Positions 61,063 through 64,000 of a DNA stretch of 64,000 nt are shown piece by piece. This stretch comes from an uncultured Bacilli bacterium (GTDB lineage: Bacteria > Bacillota_I > Bacilli_A > RF39 > UBA660), in the NCBI GenBank assembly GCA_944332725.1, contig CALVKO010000001.1:719-64718 (forward strand). Direction: 5' to 3'. The first letter of the stretch is position 1. Every line of letters begins with the position of its first letter. The notes under the pieces are model-generated. The model ran no database searches. It saw only the letters and a program-made list of their open reading frames with translations, and was not told the DNA's origin. Position numbers and translations under genes: made by a program.

Positions 61063-62469
61063 TTATATCCTTTCAATTTTCATAAAATTTGTTTTACCTT
61101 TTTTATTTTCATCATAAAATCCGCCAGTTATCAAAATTATATCATTCTTTTCTAAATTCATAAATTCTGTTGCTTTTATTTTTGCATCTTTTACTATTTC
61201 GTCTGTTGAATTAAATAATTTAGTAACTACTGGATATACCCCAAAATTTAAAGTTAACGAACGAGCAACATTATCTGTTGGACAAGTTGCTAAAACCAAA
61301 GATTTAGGTCTTAAATTGCTAACTAATGAAGCAGTCTCACCACTTATAGTAGTTGCTACAATTAATTTCACATCTAATAAATTATCAGTTTCAACAACAT
61401 TAGTAGCAATTATTCCTTCTATAGTTCTATTTACATAATTTTGATTAATAGAACATTCTAAATACTTTTCAATATTTTCACAAATTTTAGCCATACATCT
61501 AACAGTTTCAATAGGATATTTGCCAGTTGTAGTTTCTCCTGATAACATAACTGCATCCGTACCGTTTAAAACGGCATTTGCTACATCTGATACTTCGGCT
61601 CTAGTTGGTCGCATATTTTTTTTCATTGATTCTAACATTTCAGTAGCAACTATACAAAATTTACCATGTCTACGACAACATTCAATTATTTTTCTTTGTA
61701 ATATTGGTAAATCTTCCATTGCTGCTTCTACACCTAAATCTCCTCTAGCCACCATAATTCCATCTACTGCTTCTGCTATAGCATCTAGATTTTTAATACC
61801 AGTTGTACTTTCTATTTTAGCAATTATTTTCATATCTTCACGATTATGTTTTTTTAATATTTCTTTTACACTTAAAACATCTTCTTTAGTAGATACAAAA
61901 GACAATGCTAAAAAATCACCTTCATGTTCACAGGCATAAATGATATCCTCTTCATCTTGTTTACTAATAAATGGCATATTTAAGTGAACTCCTGGTACAC
62001 TCAAACTTTTTTTATTACCAAGAATTCCTCCACTTATAATTTTGCAAGTTAATCCATCATTTTCTTTTGATATAACTTCCATACTCATTAATCCGTTTTC
62101 TAATAAAATAGTGTTTCCTACATCTATTGAATCAAGTGAATCAGGATAATTTACAGTAATTCTTTTTTCATTACCTAATACATCATCTTTTACAACTCTA
62201 ATAGTATTTCCTTCAATTAATTTTATTTCATCATTTTCTAATAATCCACTTCTAAATTCAGGGCCTTTTGTATCATATAATATTGCTACATTAATTCCTG
62301 TTATACTTCTTACTTTTTTTACTGATTCAACAACTTCTTTTCTTTCTTCTAAAGTAGCATGAGAAAAGTTAATTCTTGCTACATTCATTCCATTTTTTAC
62401 CATTTCAGCCATTACATTATAATCACTACTTGCAGGTCCTATACTACAAATTATTTTTGTTTTTTTCAA
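61063..62469 (-). CDS. pyk: Pyruvate kinase (canonical).
   Basis: RINFSHA, DTKGPEFR, MVARGDLGVE and VATEMLESM motifs are all intact. Confidence 0.9.
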   Translation of the reverse strand: MKKTKIICSIGPASSDYNVMAEMVKNGMNVARINFSHATLEERKEVVESVKKVRSITGINVAILYDTKGPEFRSGLLENDEIKLIEGNTIRVVKDDVLGNEKRITVNYPDSLDSIDVGNTILLENGLMSMEVISKENDGLTCKIISGGILGNKKSLSVPGVHLNMPFISKQDEEDIIYACEHEGDFLALSFVSTKEDVLSVKEILKKHNREDMKIIAKIESTTGIKNLDAIAEAVDGIMVARGDLGVEAAMEDLPILQRKIIECCRRHGKFCIVATEMLESMKKNMRPTRAEVSDVANAVLNGTDAVMLSGETTTGKYPIETVRCMAKICENIEKYLECSINQNYVNRTIEGIIATNVVETDNLLDVKLIVATTISGETASLVSNLRPKSLVLATCPTDNVARSLTLNFGVYPVVTKLFNSTDEIVKDAKIKATEFMNLEKNDIILITGGFYDENKKGKTNFMKIERI

Positions 62470-62524
62470 ATTACATCACTCCCAACTAAATAATTATATC
62501 AAAAATATAATTAAACTCAAAATT

Positions 62525-63445
62525 TTAATTGAAAATCCTATCTAATAAATCATCAATTAATTTTTTTGATTCCATTTCATTAATGGCAAAGCATTTTTTG
62601 CCTAAATCTTTAAAAGATGCTCCACAAGAGTATAATTTTTTTCTATCTATAATTAAAAACCTATCGTGAAATATATCGATATTTTTGAATTCTATATTAG
62701 AGTATTCAATATTGTATTTTTTTACCAAAGTATCATCAATGTTTTTAGAAATAATAATTATTTTCTTATTTATATTTTTTAAAATTTTCAATAACTCTTT
62801 TCCAGCATAATTATCAATAATAATTATTTCTTCTTTTGCAGTATCGAATATATCTAATAAAAGTACATAAGCATCAAATATTTGACCATCAAAAAATATG
62901 GTGTTAATTTTTTCTTTCTCCTGCATTTTATTAAAAGTGTGTTCTAGTTTTAATATTCTATTCTCGTGATTTATTAACATTTCACTATTCATTAAACTAT
63001 TTGAAACATATCTTCTTAATTTTACAAACGCATCAATAATTTGAACATTTACTTTTACTGCTATATCACTTTTAAGTAATCCAGACAACATCATTATTCC
63101 TTGTTCTGTTAAAACATACGGCAAATATCTTACACCACCATGGTTATTTTCACTTGAGATCGCAAATTGCGACCTCAAGTTATTAAATTCATTTTCTGTT
63201 AATTGAAAACAAAAAGTATCAGGGAATCTTTTAATATTCCTTTTAATAACTTCATTAATTCTTCTTGTTTCCACTTGATAAAGCCTTGACACATCTGATG
63301 ATAGCATTACTTGAACTCCTCTTATTTCATATATCATATTTTCTACAATATTGTTCACATTAACAATATTATTTTCTTTTTCTAAAACATTGATACTTCC
63401 CATTGTTACCTCGCTTTCTAAAAAATAAATTAGTTGATTTATCAA
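62525..63445 (-). CDS. ORF6N-domain protein (phage anti-repressor-like DNA-binding family).
   Basis: IRGVQVMLSSDVSRLYQVETRRINEVIKRNIKRFPDTFCFQLT...GGVRYLPYVLTEQGIMMLSGLLKS matches the ORF6N domain consensus. Confidence 0.7.
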   Translation of the reverse strand: MINQLIYFLESEVTMGSINVLEKENNIVNVNNIVENMIYEIRGVQVMLSSDVSRLYQVETRRINEVIKRNIKRFPDTFCFQLTENEFNNLRSQFAISSENNHGGVRYLPYVLTEQGIMMLSGLLKSDIAVKVNVQIIDAFVKLRRYVSNSLMNSEMLINHENRILKLEHTFNKMQEKEKINTIFFDGQIFDAYVLLLDIFDTAKEEIIIIDNYAGKELLKILKNINKKIIIISKNIDDTLVKKYNIEYSNIEFKNIDIFHDRFLIIDRKKLYSCGASFKDLGKKCFAINEMESKKLIDDLLDRIFN

Positions 63446-63469
63446 TGAAATAATTATAACACTTCTAAT

Positions 63470-64000
63470 CTATAATTCAAAGTCATCATGATCTTTGTGT
63501 TTATCATTTTCTTTATTCCAATCATAGTCATCTTTTATGTCAGTAATTGTTTTATCACTAAATATTCCATGTTCGTATAAGTCCTTTGAAAATTCCCAAT
63601 AGTCTTCACGTTCTTTGTCTTTTCCGAGTATTTTATGTTTAATAAAATTGACTAATCTATTGAATAAATCTTTAAAATAATCTACTAATTCTTCAAGATG
63701 TTTATTATCTTTTTTTAATTCTTTAATCTCTTTATTTTTATTTTCAATATTTTTTGATAAAGTATCTACTTTAAGAAATAATGCCTCATTATTTTCAGTT
63801 AGTATTTTAATTTTTTCTCTATTTTCCTCTAGTTCAGTATCAACATTATTTAGGGTAACTGATAGTTTTTCAGTTCGTTTAAAATCAGAGTTTGTTTTAT
63901 CAACTTTATCAATATATTCTAAAATTTTATTTTTATCATCTTCGGAAATAGTATAGGTATTTTTTACTATTGGTGCTTTTTTTAGATTATTGACTGTGTC
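63470..64000 (-). CDS. Partial CDS (C-terminal 176 aa) of a K/E-rich coiled-coil protein. The 5' end lies beyond the window.
   Basis: The frame is open from the window edge to TAG at 63470-63472 (...DKHKDHDDFEL*). It is missing from the ORF track because no start codon falls inside the window. Confidence 0.5.
   Translation of the reverse strand, partial: DTVNNLKKAPIVKNTYTISEDDKNKILEYIDKVDKTNSDFKRTEKLSVTLNNVDTELEENREKIKILTENNEALFLKVDTLSKNIENKNKEIKELKKDNKHLEELVDYFKDLFNRLVNFIKHKILGKDKEREDYWEFSKDLYEHGIFSDKTITDIKDDYDWNKENDKHKDHDDFEL

Noticed and set aside
1-64000. CRISPR arrays, rRNA genes, and IS elements with terminal inverted repeats.
   Set aside because: No spaced direct-repeat arrays and no rRNA-like GC-rich kilobase blocks are present. 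No transposase ORF other than the Rpn-family gene was seen.

Overview
AT-rich (~25% GC) bacterial chromosomal segment using the standard genetic code (TGA, TAA and TAG all terminate long ORFs). Gene order looks Firmicutes/Bacilli-like: camS-gatCAB, relA-dtd, comN next to a spoVB-like flippase, and rnhB. Coding is dense and about 85% of genes lie on the minus strand. Housekeeping content includes gatCAB, leuS, metG, relA, dtd, typA, rnhB, two tandem pyruvate kinase genes, tRNA-Cys, a P-type ATPase, a ZIP transporter and an LTA synthase. Interleaved with these are accessory genes that look mobile or defence-related. There are three YhcG/DUF1016 PD-(D/E)xK nuclease paralogs; one is decayed and one is flanked by a perfect ~30-bp duplication of the gatB stop-plus-terminator hairpin. 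There are three Fic/Fido proteins. A UvrD-like SF1 helicase with tandem topoisomerase-type zinc ribbons shares a duplicated palindromic operator module with a Fic gene. A HerA-like DUF87 ATPase sits alone next to a two-component system. An Rpn-family nuclease, an ORF6N protein and a KilA-N remnant are also present. Type IV pilus parts are scattered: a PilC/GspF homolog with an unusual N-terminal extension and a prepilin peptidase lie next to a 1261-aa Cys-rich secreted protein, and two large pilin-like proteins lie elsewhere. The 3' ends of both pilin-like genes are sharp GC-rich islands with codon usage foreign to the rest of the window. No rRNA, CRISPR array or canonical IS element was seen. 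Coordinates of non-ORF features are approximate (about +/-3 nt).
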